Shown one piece after another: positions 42,338 to 52,186 of a DNA stretch of 64,000 bases. Within the stretch, counting starts at the first letter, position 1, and the number at the start of each line of letters is the position of its first letter. Origin of the DNA: an uncultured Acidobacteriota bacterium (lineage in GTDB: Bacteria > Acidobacteriota > Thermoanaerobaculia > Gp7-AA8); NCBI GenBank assembly GCA_963741955.1, contig CAVUKB010000004.1, positions 384,001 to 448,000 on the forward strand. Direction: 5' to 3'. The notes under the pieces are model-generated. The model was not told the DNA's origin. It saw nothing but the letters and a program-made list of their open reading frames with translations, and did no database searches. A program made the translations under genes and the position numbers.

Positions 42338-45300
42338 ATGCGCCACTCGCGACTCACCCTCTTCACGCTCCTCCTCGCCGCCCTCTTCGTCGTACCGGCG
42401 ATCGCCCGGGCAGCGGATCCTGCGCTCTGGTTGCGCTATCCGGCGATCTCGCCCGATGGCCGGACGATCGCGTTCAGCTACGGCGGCGATCTCTGGACCG
42501 TTCCGGCGACGGGCGGCGTGGCGACGCCGCTGACCGTCGAAGACGCGTACGAATTCTCGCCCGTCTGGTCGCCGGACGGCAGCAGCATCGCCTTCGCTTC
42601 CGATCGCTACGGCGACTTCGACGTCTACGTCATTGCGGCGTCCGGAGGAAAGGCGACCCGCCTCACCTTCAACTCTGCCGACGACACTCCGACCAGCTTC
42701 ACGCCGGACGGAAAATCCGTCCTCTTCGAGTCGGCCCGGCTCGACGCGGTCACCAGCGTGCAGTTCCCCACCCGGGCCCAACCCGAGCTTTACCGCGTCG
42801 CTCTCACGGGCGGCATGCCCGAGCAGGTACTGACCACCCCGGCCGAATACGCGGTGTGGAACCGCGCTGCAACGGTGCTGGCCTACTCGGATCGGAAGGG
42901 TTACGAGATGCCGTGGCGCAAACACGACGACTCCTCGTTCGCGCGCGACGTCTGGATCTACGACCCGGCGAGCGGACGGCACACCCGCCTCACGCAGTTC
43001 GGCGCCGACGATCGCCAGCCGGTGTGGAGCCCCGACGAACAGTCGCTCGATTACCTCTCCGAGCGCAGCGGCAGCTTCAATGTCTGGCGTCTGTCGCTCG
43101 CTCATCCGGAGAAGCCGGAGCAGATCACGCACCACACGGTGCACCCCGTGCGTTTCCTCTCGATTTCCCGCCAGGGAGATCTCTGCTACACATTCGACGG
43201 CGAGATCTGGCTGGAGCCGGCCGGTGCCACCGAACCTCACAAGGTCGCCGTGCAGGTGGCGACGGAGCCGCGTGGTGACGTGGTCGAGTGGACCGACGTC
43301 GGCGACCAGCTCTCCGAGTTCGACGTTTCGCCGAGCGGGAAGGAGATCGCATTCATCGCCCGCGGCGAAGTGTTCGTCACGGCCACCGACTACAAAGTCA
43401 CCAGGCGCATCACCAATACTCCGGAGCAGGAGCGGTCGGTCAGCTTCTCGCCGGATGGCCGGAGTCTGATCTACGCCAGCGAGCGTCACGGCAGCTGGAA
43501 TCTCTACCGCAGCGATCTGACCGATCCGAACGAACCGAACTTCTTCAATGCCACGGCGATCGTCGAGCGACCGGTGCTCGAGACCGCCGACGAAACGTTC
43601 CAGCCCCTCTTCTCACCCGACGGAAAAGAGGTCGCATACCTCGAGAACCGGACCACTCTGAAGGTCCTCGATCTGGCGAGTGGCCGCAGCCACCAGGTAC
43701 TCGCCGGCGACCGCAATTACTCCTACGCCGACGGCGATCAGTGGTTCCGCTGGTCCCCGGACGGCCGGTCGCTGCTCGTGACGTTCCTCAGCGACGGACG
43801 CTGGTCCTCCGAGGTCGGGCTGGTGCCGGCGGACGGAAAGGGAGAGCTGGTCAATCTCACCCGGAGCGGCTACGAAGACGAGATTCCGCGCTTCAACAGC
43901 GACGGCACGATGATGTATTGGGCCACCGACCGACAGGGAATGCGACGCCATTCCGGCTCGGGCAGCCAGGACGACATCTACGCCATGTTCCTGACCGAGA
44001 AGGCGTGGGATCGATTCAACATGACCCCTGCCGAGTTCGAACAGCTCAAGGCGAAGGAAGAGAAAGAGAAGAACAAGGACAAGAAGGCGAGCACCGCCGG
44101 CAAAGAGAAAGGCGACAAGGCGAAAGAGAAGAGCGACGAAGGCGACGAAGCACCGACGCTCGCGAAGCCGGTGACGCTGGAGCTCACCGGTCTCGAGGAT
44201 CGCACTGCGCGTCTGACTCACGCACCGGCGAATCTCGCCGACGCGGCGCTGACGCCGGACGGCGAGACTCTCGTTTACCTCGCCCGTTTCGAGAAGGGCT
44301 TCGATCTCTGGCTGACCACGCCGCGCAAGGACGAAGTCAAGCTCGTGGCGAAGCTCGACGCGGATCGCGCCGGGAACCTCCTGCTCGGTAAGGACGGCAA
44401 GAAAGCCTACCTCCTCGCGGACGGAAAACTCACCACCGTGGAGCTCGACGGCGGTAAGGTCAAGCCGGTCGCGCTCCAGGCGAAGATCGAGCTCGACGCG
44501 GCTGCCGAGCGCAGCTACCTCTTCGAGCACATCTGGCGCCAGACCAAGGAGAAGTTCTACGTCGAGGACATGCACGGCGTCGACTGGAACTCCATGAAGT
44601 CCACGTATGCGCGCTTCCTGCCGCACATCAGCAACAATCGAGACTTCGCCGAGCTCATCTCGGAGCTCCAGGGCGAGCTCGATGCGTCTCACACCGGCGG
44701 CCGTTTCCGTCCGAAACCGGAGAACGCGGACGCCACGGCATCCCTCGGGTTTTTTCCGCAGGCTGCGTATCACGGTCCCGGAGTCCAGATCGCCGAAGTG
44801 CTGGAGGGCGGCCCGCTCATGAAGGCGGGCAGCAGAATCGCGCCCGGTGTGGTCATCGGCGCGATCGACGGCGAGAAGATCGCTCCCGGCGCCGACTGGT
44901 ATCCGCTGCTCAATCACAAGGCGGACACCATGGTGCGCCTGAGCCTTCTCGATCCGAAGAACGGCAACCGCTGGGAGGAGACGGTCAAACCGGTCTCCGA
45001 TCGGAAGGAGTCGGAGCTGCTCTATCAGCGGTGGGTCCACTCGCGGCGCGACGCGGTCGACCGCCTGTCGAAAGGACGCCTCGGCTATGCGCACATCCGC
45101 GGCATGAATGACGCGTCGTACCGCGAGATCTTCGAAGAGATCTTCGGCCGTGCGGTGAACAAAGAGGCGATCATCCTCGATACCCGCTTCAACGGCGGCG
45201 GCAACCTGGACGAGGCCTTGACCGTGTTTCTCACCGGCAGAGTGTTCGCACGCAACGTGCCGCGTGGTCGGAGCATCGGGACGGAGCCGTCACTGCGTTG

Positions 45301-45637
45301 GACCAAGCCTTCGATCGTGGTCATGAACGAGGGCAACTACTCCGACGCGCACTGCTTCCCCGAGGCGTACACGGAGCTCGGGATCGGACAGACGGTCGGG
45401 ATGCCGGTGCCGGGCACCTGCACCTCGGTATGGTGGGAGCGCCTGCAGGACCCGACGCTGGTCTTCGGAATTCCGGAGGTCGGTCTGGTCGACAATGCCG
45501 GCGACTATCTGGAACGTAAACACCTGGCCCCCGATTACCAGATCGACAACGATCCGGCGCTCGAGGCGAAAGGGCGCGACCAGCAGCTCGAGGAGGCGGT
45601 GCGAGTTCTGCTCACGAAGCTCGACGCAGCGAAGTAA
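42338..45637 (+). CDS. Tricorn-like S41 family peptidase (PD40 propellers, PDZ, protease core), exported
   Basis: AGGAGG SD, signal peptide, repeated SPDG motifs, ELDASH, GYAHI, DTRFNGGG, YSDAH, DQQLE. Confidence 0.92.
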   Translation: MRHSRLTLFTLLLAALFVVPAIARAADPALWLRYPAISPDGRTIAFSYGGDLWTVPATGGVATPLTVEDAYEFSPVWSPDGSSIAFASDRYGDFDVYVIAASGGKATRLTFNSADDTPTSFTPDGKSVLFESARLDAVTSVQFPTRAQPELYRVALTGGMPEQVLTTPAEYAVWNRAATVLAYSDRKGYEMPWRKHDDSSFARDVWIYDPASGRHTRLTQFGADDRQPVWSPDEQSLDYLSERSGSFNVWRLSLAHPEKPEQITHHTVHPVRFLSISRQGDLCYTFDGEIWLEPAGATEPHKVAVQVATEPRGDVVEWTDVGDQLSEFDVSPSGKEIAFIARGEVFVTATDYKVTRRITNTPEQERSVSFSPDGRSLIYASERHGSWNLYRSDLTDPNEPNFFNATAIVERPVLETADETFQPLFSPDGKEVAYLENRTTLKVLDLASGRSHQVLAGDRNYSYADGDQWFRWSPDGRSLLVTFLSDGRWSSEVGLVPADGKGELVNLTRSGYEDEIPRFNSDGTMMYWATDRQGMRRHSGSGSQDDIYAMFLTEKAWDRFNMTPAEFEQLKAKEEKEKNKDKKASTAGKEKGDKAKEKSDEGDEAPTLAKPVTLELTGLEDRTARLTHAPANLADAALTPDGETLVYLARFEKGFDLWLTTPRKDEVKLVAKLDADRAGNLLLGKDGKKAYLLADGKLTTVELDGGKVKPVALQAKIELDAAAERSYLFEHIWRQTKEKFYVEDMHGVDWNSMKSTYARFLPHISNNRDFAELISELQGELDASHTGGRFRPKPENADATASLGFFPQAAYHGPGVQIAEVLEGGPLMKAGSRIAPGVVIGAIDGEKIAPGADWYPLLNHKADTMVRLSLLDPKNGNRWEETVKPVSDRKESELLYQRWVHSRRDAVDRLSKGRLGYAHIRGMNDASYREIFEEIFGRAVNKEAIILDTRFNGGGNLDEALTVFLTGRVFARNVPRGRSIGTEPSLRWTKPSIVVMNEGNYSDAHCFPEAYTELGIGQTVGMPVPGTCTSVWWERLQDPTLVFGIPEVGLVDNAGDYLERKHLAPDYQIDNDPALEAKGRDQQLEEAVRVLLTKLDAAK

Positions 45638-45669
45638 CTGGAATCCGGTATCCAAGGCGGGGCGGCCCG

Positions 45670-47410
45670 GTGGGTTGGACGTCCCGTCCGATGCAGGGCG
45701 GCGTCCCGCGCCGCCCTGTCCGGGTGCGAGATACGAAGATCGTCCCGCGAGAGAAGAGACGAACGGACGGCAGCGCGAGAGGAGCGTTTCGCGTTTGGTT
45801 GACGCCATCGCTCCCCGGCAGGATGCCGGGGAGCCTCGCGCGAGACGCGCGACCCACTTTCGCGCAATCCACAGGGCGCGACCCACATGTGGGTTGGACG
45901 TCCCGTCCGATGCAGGGTGGCGTCCCGCGCCGCCCTGCCCGGTGCGAAACGCGAAGATCGTCCCGCGAGAGAAGAGACGGACGGACCGCGGGCGAGAGGA
46001 GCGATGTGCCTGTTCGTTGAGGCGATCGCTCCCCGGCAGGATGCCGGGGAGCCTCGCGCGAGACGCGCGACCCACAGAGTGGGTTGGACGTCCCGTCCGA
46101 TGCAGGGTGGCGTCCCGCGCCGCCCTGTCCGGGTGCGAAACGCGAAGATCGTCCCGCGAGAGAAGAGACGAACGGACGGCAGCGCGAGAGGAGCGATTCG
46201 CGTGGCGTTGACGTCATCGCTCCCCGGCAGGATGCCGGGGAGCCTCGCGCGAGACGCGCGACCCACTTTCGCGCAATCCACAGGGCGCGACCCACATGTG
46301 GGTTGGACGTCCCGTCCGATGCAGGGTGGCGTCCCGCGCCGCCCTGCCTGGTGCGAGATGCGAAGATCGTCCCGCGAGAGAAGAGACGAACGGACCGCGG
46401 CGCGAGAAGAGCGATGTGCGTGTTTGTTGAGGCCATCGCTCCCCGGCAGGATGCCGGGGAGCCTCGCGCGAGACGCGCGACCCACTTTCGCGCAATCCAC
46501 AGGGCGCGGCCCACAGAGTGGGTTGGACGTCCCGTCCGATGCAGGGTGGCGTCCCGCGCCGCCCTGTCCGGTGCGAGATGCGAAGATCGTCCCGCGAGAG
46601 AAGAGACGAACGGACCGCAGCGCGAGAGGAGCGTTTCGCGTTTGGTTGAGGCCATCGCTCCCCGGCAGGATGCCGGGGAGCCTCGCGCGAGACGCGCGAC
46701 CCACTTTCGCGCAATCCACAGGGCGCGGCCCACAGAGTGGGTTGGACGTCCCGTCCGATGCAGGGTGGCGTCCCGCGCCGCCCTGTCCGGTGCGAGATGC
46801 GAAGATCGTCCCGCGAGAGAAGAGACGAACGGACCGCAGCGCGAGAGGAGCGTTTCGCGTTTGGTTGAGGCCATCGCTCCCCGGCAGGATGCCGGGGAGC
46901 CTCGCGCGAGACGCGCGACCCACTTTCGCGCAATCCACAGGGCGCGACCCACAGAGTGGGTTGGACGTCCCGTCCGATGCCGGGTGGCGTCCCGCGCCGC
47001 CCTGCCCGGTGCGAGGTACGAAGATCGTCCCGCGAGAGAAGAGACGAACGGACGGCAGCGCGAGAGGAGCGATGTGCGTGTTTGTTGAGGCCATCGCTCC
47101 CCGGCAGGATGACGGGGAGCCTCGCGCGAGACGCGCGACCCACAGACGCGCGACCCACTTTCGCGCAATCCACAGGGCGCGACCCACATGTGGGTTGGAC
47201 GTCCCGTCCGATGCAGGGTGGCGTCCCGCGCCGCCCTGCCCGGTGCGAAACGCGAAGATCGTCCCGAGAGAGAAGAGACGAACGGACCGCAGCGCGAGAG
47301 GAGCGATGTGCGTGTTTGTTGAGGCCATCGCTCCCCGGCAGGATGCCGGGGAGCCTCGCGCGAGACGCGCGACCCACAGACGCGCGACCCACAGACGCGC
47401 GACCGCACGA
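45670..47410. repeat. Tandem array of 8 REP/BIME-like units (~219 bp) between convergent genes
   Basis: GTGGGTTGGACGTCCCGTCCGATGC starts at 45670, 45889, 46079, 46298, 46518, 46737, 46956, 47190; each unit holds several short hairpins. Confidence 0.95.
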
Positions 47411-47418
47411 AAAGCCCC

Positions 47419-50400
47419 CTACTGCGCCGGCACGTACGTCGGATCCTGAGTCTGCATGTCGATCACGGAACCGTACGCAGTGATCTTCCCGCTGCCCGAT
47501 ACCACTCTCACGGAGATGCGCGCGTTGTAAGCGGTCGTCATTCCCATCGATTTGAGGACCTGCCCGAGCTGCGTGAATCCGTTCGCCGGCAGGTCGACCG
47601 TCATCTTCGCGGTCGTCAACGCGCCGGGGACGGTCGCCGAGATCTCGACCGTGACCGGGTTGCCGGTGACTTCAGTGATCCCGAGGTTCGTGCGGAAACG
47701 GTCCGACTGCTCGACCTGGAGGATCTGCAAAGGACGATCCCCCGCGGCGATCGCGTCATCCGGCATCACCGCCGGGATGAACTGGCCGTAGGTCCCGTTG
47801 GAAGTCTGGTTGTAGGTCCGCGCGGTGACCACCAGGCTGCTCGGTTCCGCGGTGGTGATCTGAACCGCACCGCCGGCACCGGGAGACTCGAAGAGCGACT
47901 GAACGACATTGTTCAGTGCCTTCTCCTTCCCCGCGTCGAGGATGACTTCCTTCGACACGGGAGCTCCTCCTCCGGTCGGATAGAGGGTCATGTCTGCAGT
48001 GACGCCGGACGCGCCACCATTGAAGATCCTCATGTCGGTCTGCCAGTTCGCGATCCCGTTCTTCAGATCCGCGACTCCCGGCACGACGTACTTCGTCTCG
48101 TGGATCGCGCCCGGGATCGCAGGTGCGATCAGGATCGGGTCACCGGTCTTCATGTCGATGGTCGATGCGTATGCGGTGACTTTTCCGGTGTCGGAGAGAA
48201 CCGAGACCTCGATCCGGCCGTCGTCGAGGGAGATCCCCTTCGTTGCGAGAACCTGATCGAGCTGGCGCTGCTCTCCCGGCTGGAGGTCTTCGGTGAACTC
48301 GGTCAGTGTCGTTCCCGAGGGGTCGAAGACCTTCACCAGCACAGTTGCCGGCTCGCCGGCCCCTTCGACCAACCCGAGGTTCGTGCGGTATGCGGATGAC
48401 TGAGCGATCTGCTGAAGGCTGATGGTGGTGCCCTTCGAGACCATGTCGGTGAAGCGCACTCCGGGGATGAACTGCCCGAACGTGCCGGCGGAGGTGTCGT
48501 TGTAGGTGCGGCTGGACGCGAGGGTGGTGAACCCGAGCGAGCTCGAGACGGATGCGGTACCTCCGGAGCTCGCAGAGACGGGGCGGACCTCGAGCACTCC
48601 GGTGGAGCTCTCGCCGGCGCTTCCCTTTCCGAACCAGTTGGCGAGAACGTCGTCGAGCGCGCCGGTTTGTCCCGGTGCGATGTCGAGCGTCGCGGAATAC
48701 CCGCTCGTGGTCCCATCCTGGCCGGAGGGAGTGAAGTAGAGCTGGTAGTGCATGGTATCGGTCGAAAGATTGCTCACCCGTACATCCGAGACCCACTTCG
48801 AGCTCACCCCGTCCGCATGCGCGACGGCCGGAATGATGATCGATTCCGCGGTCGGCGCGGTCTTCCCCGACGGCGTCGCGGGAGTGACGAGACTGAGAGA
48901 GATGGGAATGGTGGTGGTGCCGCCATCCATCGCCGAGATCGCGCCCGACTTCGCGGACGCGGTGGTGATGTTGACGGTCGAGGTGTTCGCTCCGGGGTCG
49001 AGCCGGCGCGGGTCCATCGAGATGGTGAGGGTCGCACCTTCAGGAGGGATGGTTCCGCTGGAGGGAGAGATGCTCAGCCACGGGTCGTCGCTGGTTGCGG
49101 TGAACGTTGCGGAGTCGGCGTTCTTCCCGGAGGAGCCGGAGCCGGGGAGGAAGATCTTCTGGGTGATCTTCTCCTGTTCGCCGAAGAGCGCGATGAACTT
49201 CTGATCCTTGCTGGTCGCATCCGGGGGCGGCGCGACCACCACCCGCACTGCGGCGGAGAACGCTCCGCGCTCGCCGCTGCAGTCGGCGATCGCACGGACG
49301 CGGTAGTACCAGGAGGTGGGACTCGTCGCGTCGTGCTGATACGAGGTCTGGAGGCCGGAGACGGTCCGGCTCGACGGATCGCTGAACGCCTCGTCGGATG
49401 ATTCCTGAATCTCGTAAGTCGTACTTCCGGGGAGAGGTGTCCACTGCACCGGATATCCGTCGCCGGAGAGGACGTGTCCCATGCTTCGAGCCCGGGGTTG
49501 GGACGGAGTGTCACAAGGAGCGGTGGGCAGCGCGGTGAATTGTGAGACGGGAGTGATCACGGATGCGCATCCGTCGATCATCGCCTCGACCGCCCAGAAG
49601 ATCCGGCCGGGCGGTACTTCGGTGACCAGCTGCGGGTCTGTGGTGGTGCCGAGGAGTGCGGGAAGGGCGCCGTTGACGGACGCATAGACGTTGTAAGCGC
49701 TGGCGCCGTCGACGGGAGTCCAGAGGAAGTCGGCGACGGGGCCGGTCTCCGCTCCGTCGGGCGGCGAGACCTGCATCGGCTGCGGGCGGATGCAGGCGGG
49801 ATCGATGGTCACCGTGCAGGTGCGAGAGTCGGATGTCACCGGTTTGCATCCAGGGAAGAGCGCGAAGGTGCGCCACCGGTACGATCCGGGCGGAAGGCGG
49901 CGGTCGGCAGCGGTCTGGGTGGTGATTCCGATCGGTGTCCACACGCCGTCGCCGCGCTGCGCCATCAACTCGTACGCGACTGCGCCGGAGACCGGATTCC
50001 AGGCGAAGCTCATCGTCGGATCGCTGGAGGTCCAGCCGTCGGGAGGCGAGGTGAGCTCCGGAGCCGGGTTCGCACAGTCGGACGATTCCGCGACCGTGAC
50101 TGCGACGGGTTGCGAGTGCGTGGCTGGACAGTCGCGGAAGAGCGCCTGAACGAACCACGTCAGTTTGCCCGGCTCGACGAGGACGGAAAGCGAGGTGTCC
50201 GGAGTCTGGCCTGCGACGCGCGGGACTCCGTTGGTGTAGACGATCCAGAGACGGTACGCGACGGCTCTGTTGACGGCACTCCAGGTGAATGTCGCGGGAG
50301 AATGGACCGTCGAACCAGCCGCAGGAGAGATCGGGAGAGGAGAAGCGTTGTCGCAGTGATCGACAGCGGCGAGGGTGAAACCCCGTTTCGCCGTTGTGAT

Positions 50401-51621
50401 CGGAGGACATCCGTTGAAGAACGCCTGGACGAACCAGCCGATGGTCCGGGCATCGAGCGGAACTTCGACGGCGGTTGCGCTGGTGGTTCGGATGTCCTCG
50501 AAGGGTCGCCCGTCGATGGAGACCCACAGCTTATAGGCGAACGCGCCGGGTGCGGCATTCCAGGAGAGCGTCACCGGAGAAGAGAGGCCGGTCGCACCTG
50601 CAGCGGGCGCGACGAGATCCGGTGCGCTGTTTCCGTTGCACGACGCCGACTCCGTCACCGTGAAGCTCGCGTGTGCGGAGACGACCGCGGGACAGCTCCT
50701 GAAGACCGCTTCGACCCACCAGGCGATGGTCCCGCTCGGGACGGGTGAGCTCAGCGTCGTCTCGCCGGACGTCTTGCCGAGAAGAGCCGGTGCGTTGCCG
50801 TTGACGGAAGCCCAGACGCGGTAGCCGATGGCATCCGGAACCGCGGACCATTGGAACGTCACCGGAGGCTGTACGTCCGATGTGCCGTCGGCCGGTGCGA
50901 GGAGCGTCGCAGCCGCGTGATCGCAATTCGGCGCCTCCGTCGTGAAATGCCCGAGCGTCGATCGTGTCGAAGGGCAGTCGGGGAACACTGCATCGACCCA
51001 CCAGACGATGTTTCCGACCGGGATGGTCGCGGTGAGGGAAGTCTCCGTCGTCTCGCCGGCCTTCTGGGGCAGTCCGGCGTCGACGGAAAACATCACCACG
51101 TACTTCGAGGCTCCGGAGACGGCGCGCCAGGAGAACGTGACGTCCGGATCGACGGTGGAGCCGGTCGCGGGTGAGGCGAGTGAAGGACCGTCGCTCGGAC
51201 AGTTGCTGGTGGTTTGCACCGTGAAGCGGGAGCAGAGACTGGAGCAGAATCCGGTGAAGGACGAGGCGGAGACCACGCGCCAGATGTACGTGTGTCCGGC
51301 TCTGATTGCGTTCGGATCGGGATTGAATGTGGTCTGAGTCCCGGGAACGGTGGCGACGGGCTGAATCGAGCCGCAGCTGCTCAGCGACGCATCGCCGAGA
51401 TAGATGTCGTAGTGATCGATTGCGCCTGGAGCCGGCGACCACTCGAGCTGGATCGTGCCGGAGACAGACGCTCCGTCGGCCGGGGACGTGGGTTGCGGAG
51501 GAGTGCATTGTCCGCTGGCGCTCCGGGCGATCCCGGAGAGGGAGAGAACCAGGACGCACGAAGCGATTCGGAGCAGTTTCCTGCTCGACGAAGAGACACG
51601 GGGCGTCGAAGACAAAGCCAT
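47419..51621 (-). CDS. Large secreted protein: 8 FN3/Ig-like repeats, BACON-like domain and duplicated C-terminal module
   Basis: GGAGGAG SD, signal peptide; repeats W-x2-V-x-GA-x2-Y...W-x-V-x-A-x4-C; SDDPWLSISPSSG; two copies of RTYN...GT(F/Y)GQFIP...RTNLG...AY(A/G)S.IDM.T.DP. Confidence 0.85.
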   Translation of the reverse strand: MALSSTPRVSSSSRKLLRIASCVLVLSLSGIARSASGQCTPPQPTSPADGASVSGTIQLEWSPAPGAIDHYDIYLGDASLSSCGSIQPVATVPGTQTTFNPDPNAIRAGHTYIWRVVSASSFTGFCSSLCSRFTVQTTSNCPSDGPSLASPATGSTVDPDVTFSWRAVSGASKYVVMFSVDAGLPQKAGETTETSLTATIPVGNIVWWVDAVFPDCPSTRSTLGHFTTEAPNCDHAAATLLAPADGTSDVQPPVTFQWSAVPDAIGYRVWASVNGNAPALLGKTSGETTLSSPVPSGTIAWWVEAVFRSCPAVVSAHASFTVTESASCNGNSAPDLVAPAAGATGLSSPVTLSWNAAPGAFAYKLWVSIDGRPFEDIRTTSATAVEVPLDARTIGWFVQAFFNGCPPITTAKRGFTLAAVDHCDNASPLPISPAAGSTVHSPATFTWSAVNRAVAYRLWIVYTNGVPRVAGQTPDTSLSVLVEPGKLTWFVQALFRDCPATHSQPVAVTVAESSDCANPAPELTSPPDGWTSSDPTMSFAWNPVSGAVAYELMAQRGDGVWTPIGITTQTAADRRLPPGSYRWRTFALFPGCKPVTSDSRTCTVTIDPACIRPQPMQVSPPDGAETGPVADFLWTPVDGASAYNVYASVNGALPALLGTTTDPQLVTEVPPGRIFWAVEAMIDGCASVITPVSQFTALPTAPCDTPSQPRARSMGHVLSGDGYPVQWTPLPGSTTYEIQESSDEAFSDPSSRTVSGLQTSYQHDATSPTSWYYRVRAIADCSGERGAFSAAVRVVVAPPPDATSKDQKFIALFGEQEKITQKIFLPGSGSSGKNADSATFTATSDDPWLSISPSSGTIPPEGATLTISMDPRRLDPGANTSTVNITTASAKSGAISAMDGGTTTIPISLSLVTPATPSGKTAPTAESIIIPAVAHADGVSSKWVSDVRVSNLSTDTMHYQLYFTPSGQDGTTSGYSATLDIAPGQTGALDDVLANWFGKGSAGESSTGVLEVRPVSASSGGTASVSSSLGFTTLASSRTYNDTSAGTFGQFIPGVRFTDMVSKGTTISLQQIAQSSAYRTNLGLVEGAGEPATVLVKVFDPSGTTLTEFTEDLQPGEQRQLDQVLATKGISLDDGRIEVSVLSDTGKVTAYASTIDMKTGDPILIAPAIPGAIHETKYVVPGVADLKNGIANWQTDMRIFNGGASGVTADMTLYPTGGGAPVSKEVILDAGKEKALNNVVQSLFESPGAGGAVQITTAEPSSLVVTARTYNQTSNGTYGQFIPAVMPDDAIAAGDRPLQILQVEQSDRFRTNLGITEVTGNPVTVEISATVPGALTTAKMTVDLPANGFTQLGQVLKSMGMTTAYNARISVRVVSGSGKITAYGSVIDMQTQDPTYVPAQ

Positions 51622-51861
51622 CGCTCCTCCAGGCCTCGCGAGGGAGGCAGACCAATCTCCGGTTCACGCCTCACGGCGCGATATCTCTTGGACGGAGATG
51701 GACCGAGTTTGCTTACCTGCCGGACCATTGTAGCGCCGGAGGGGCGACGGCCGCATCGCGTCGCCCGGTCGTTTCGCTGCCCCGAGGATTCGGCAGCATC
51801 CGGCGGCGTCCGGCCGAAAGGCAGCTCACGCTTCCCGAGAAGGGTCCGGCCGGGTGAAGAA

Positions 51862-52045
51862 GGGGTCAGGCCGTTTTTCCTCTGTCCGGTCGCGGGCGGG
51901 ATCGAAGCGCGGGGTCGGAGGGAGCGGGGTCAGGCCCGCTTTCGGCTCTCTTGTCCGGTCGAGCGGGGGGAGCGGGGTCGAGCGGGGGGAGCGGGGTCAG
52001 GCCCGTTTTCGTCTCCGGGGAGGGGCGGGGTCAGGCCCGTTCTCC
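51862..52045. repeat. G-rich direct repeats GGGGTCAGGCC(C)G x4
   Basis: Copies at 51862, 51926, 51993, 52027 with interspersed GAGCGGGG runs. Confidence 0.8.
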
Positions 52046-52084
52046 GCTCCGGCCCGGCGCCGGCGTCTCGGCATTCTGTCACGA

Positions 52085-52140
52085 ACTGGGAAATAGTGAG
52101 GATATGTGACCTTTATTGTCTACCAGTGTCCATGAATGTC
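52085..52140 (+). promoter_or_regulatory. Putative operator: six TG-anchored direct repeats with exact 10-bp phasing
   Basis: acTGGG, agTGAG, tgTGAC, atTGTC, agTGTC, aaTGTC with TG at 52087, 52097, 52107, 52117, 52127, 52137, in an AT-rich patch upstream of the HTH genes. Confidence 0.55.
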
Positions 52141-52186
52141 TTTACACGGCAGGCGGCTCCGCGTACGATCTCGTGACGGTCACGCG

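Noticed and set aside
45670-47410. CRISPR array
   Set aside because: Units are near-identical along their whole length, with no unique spacers and no cas genes.
45290-47483. Long ORFs (up to ~600 aa) in nearly all frames over the 219-bp array
   Set aside because: Stop-poor GC-rich repeats open on both strands, Arg/Ala/Pro-rich, with frame-switching between units; not credible proteins.
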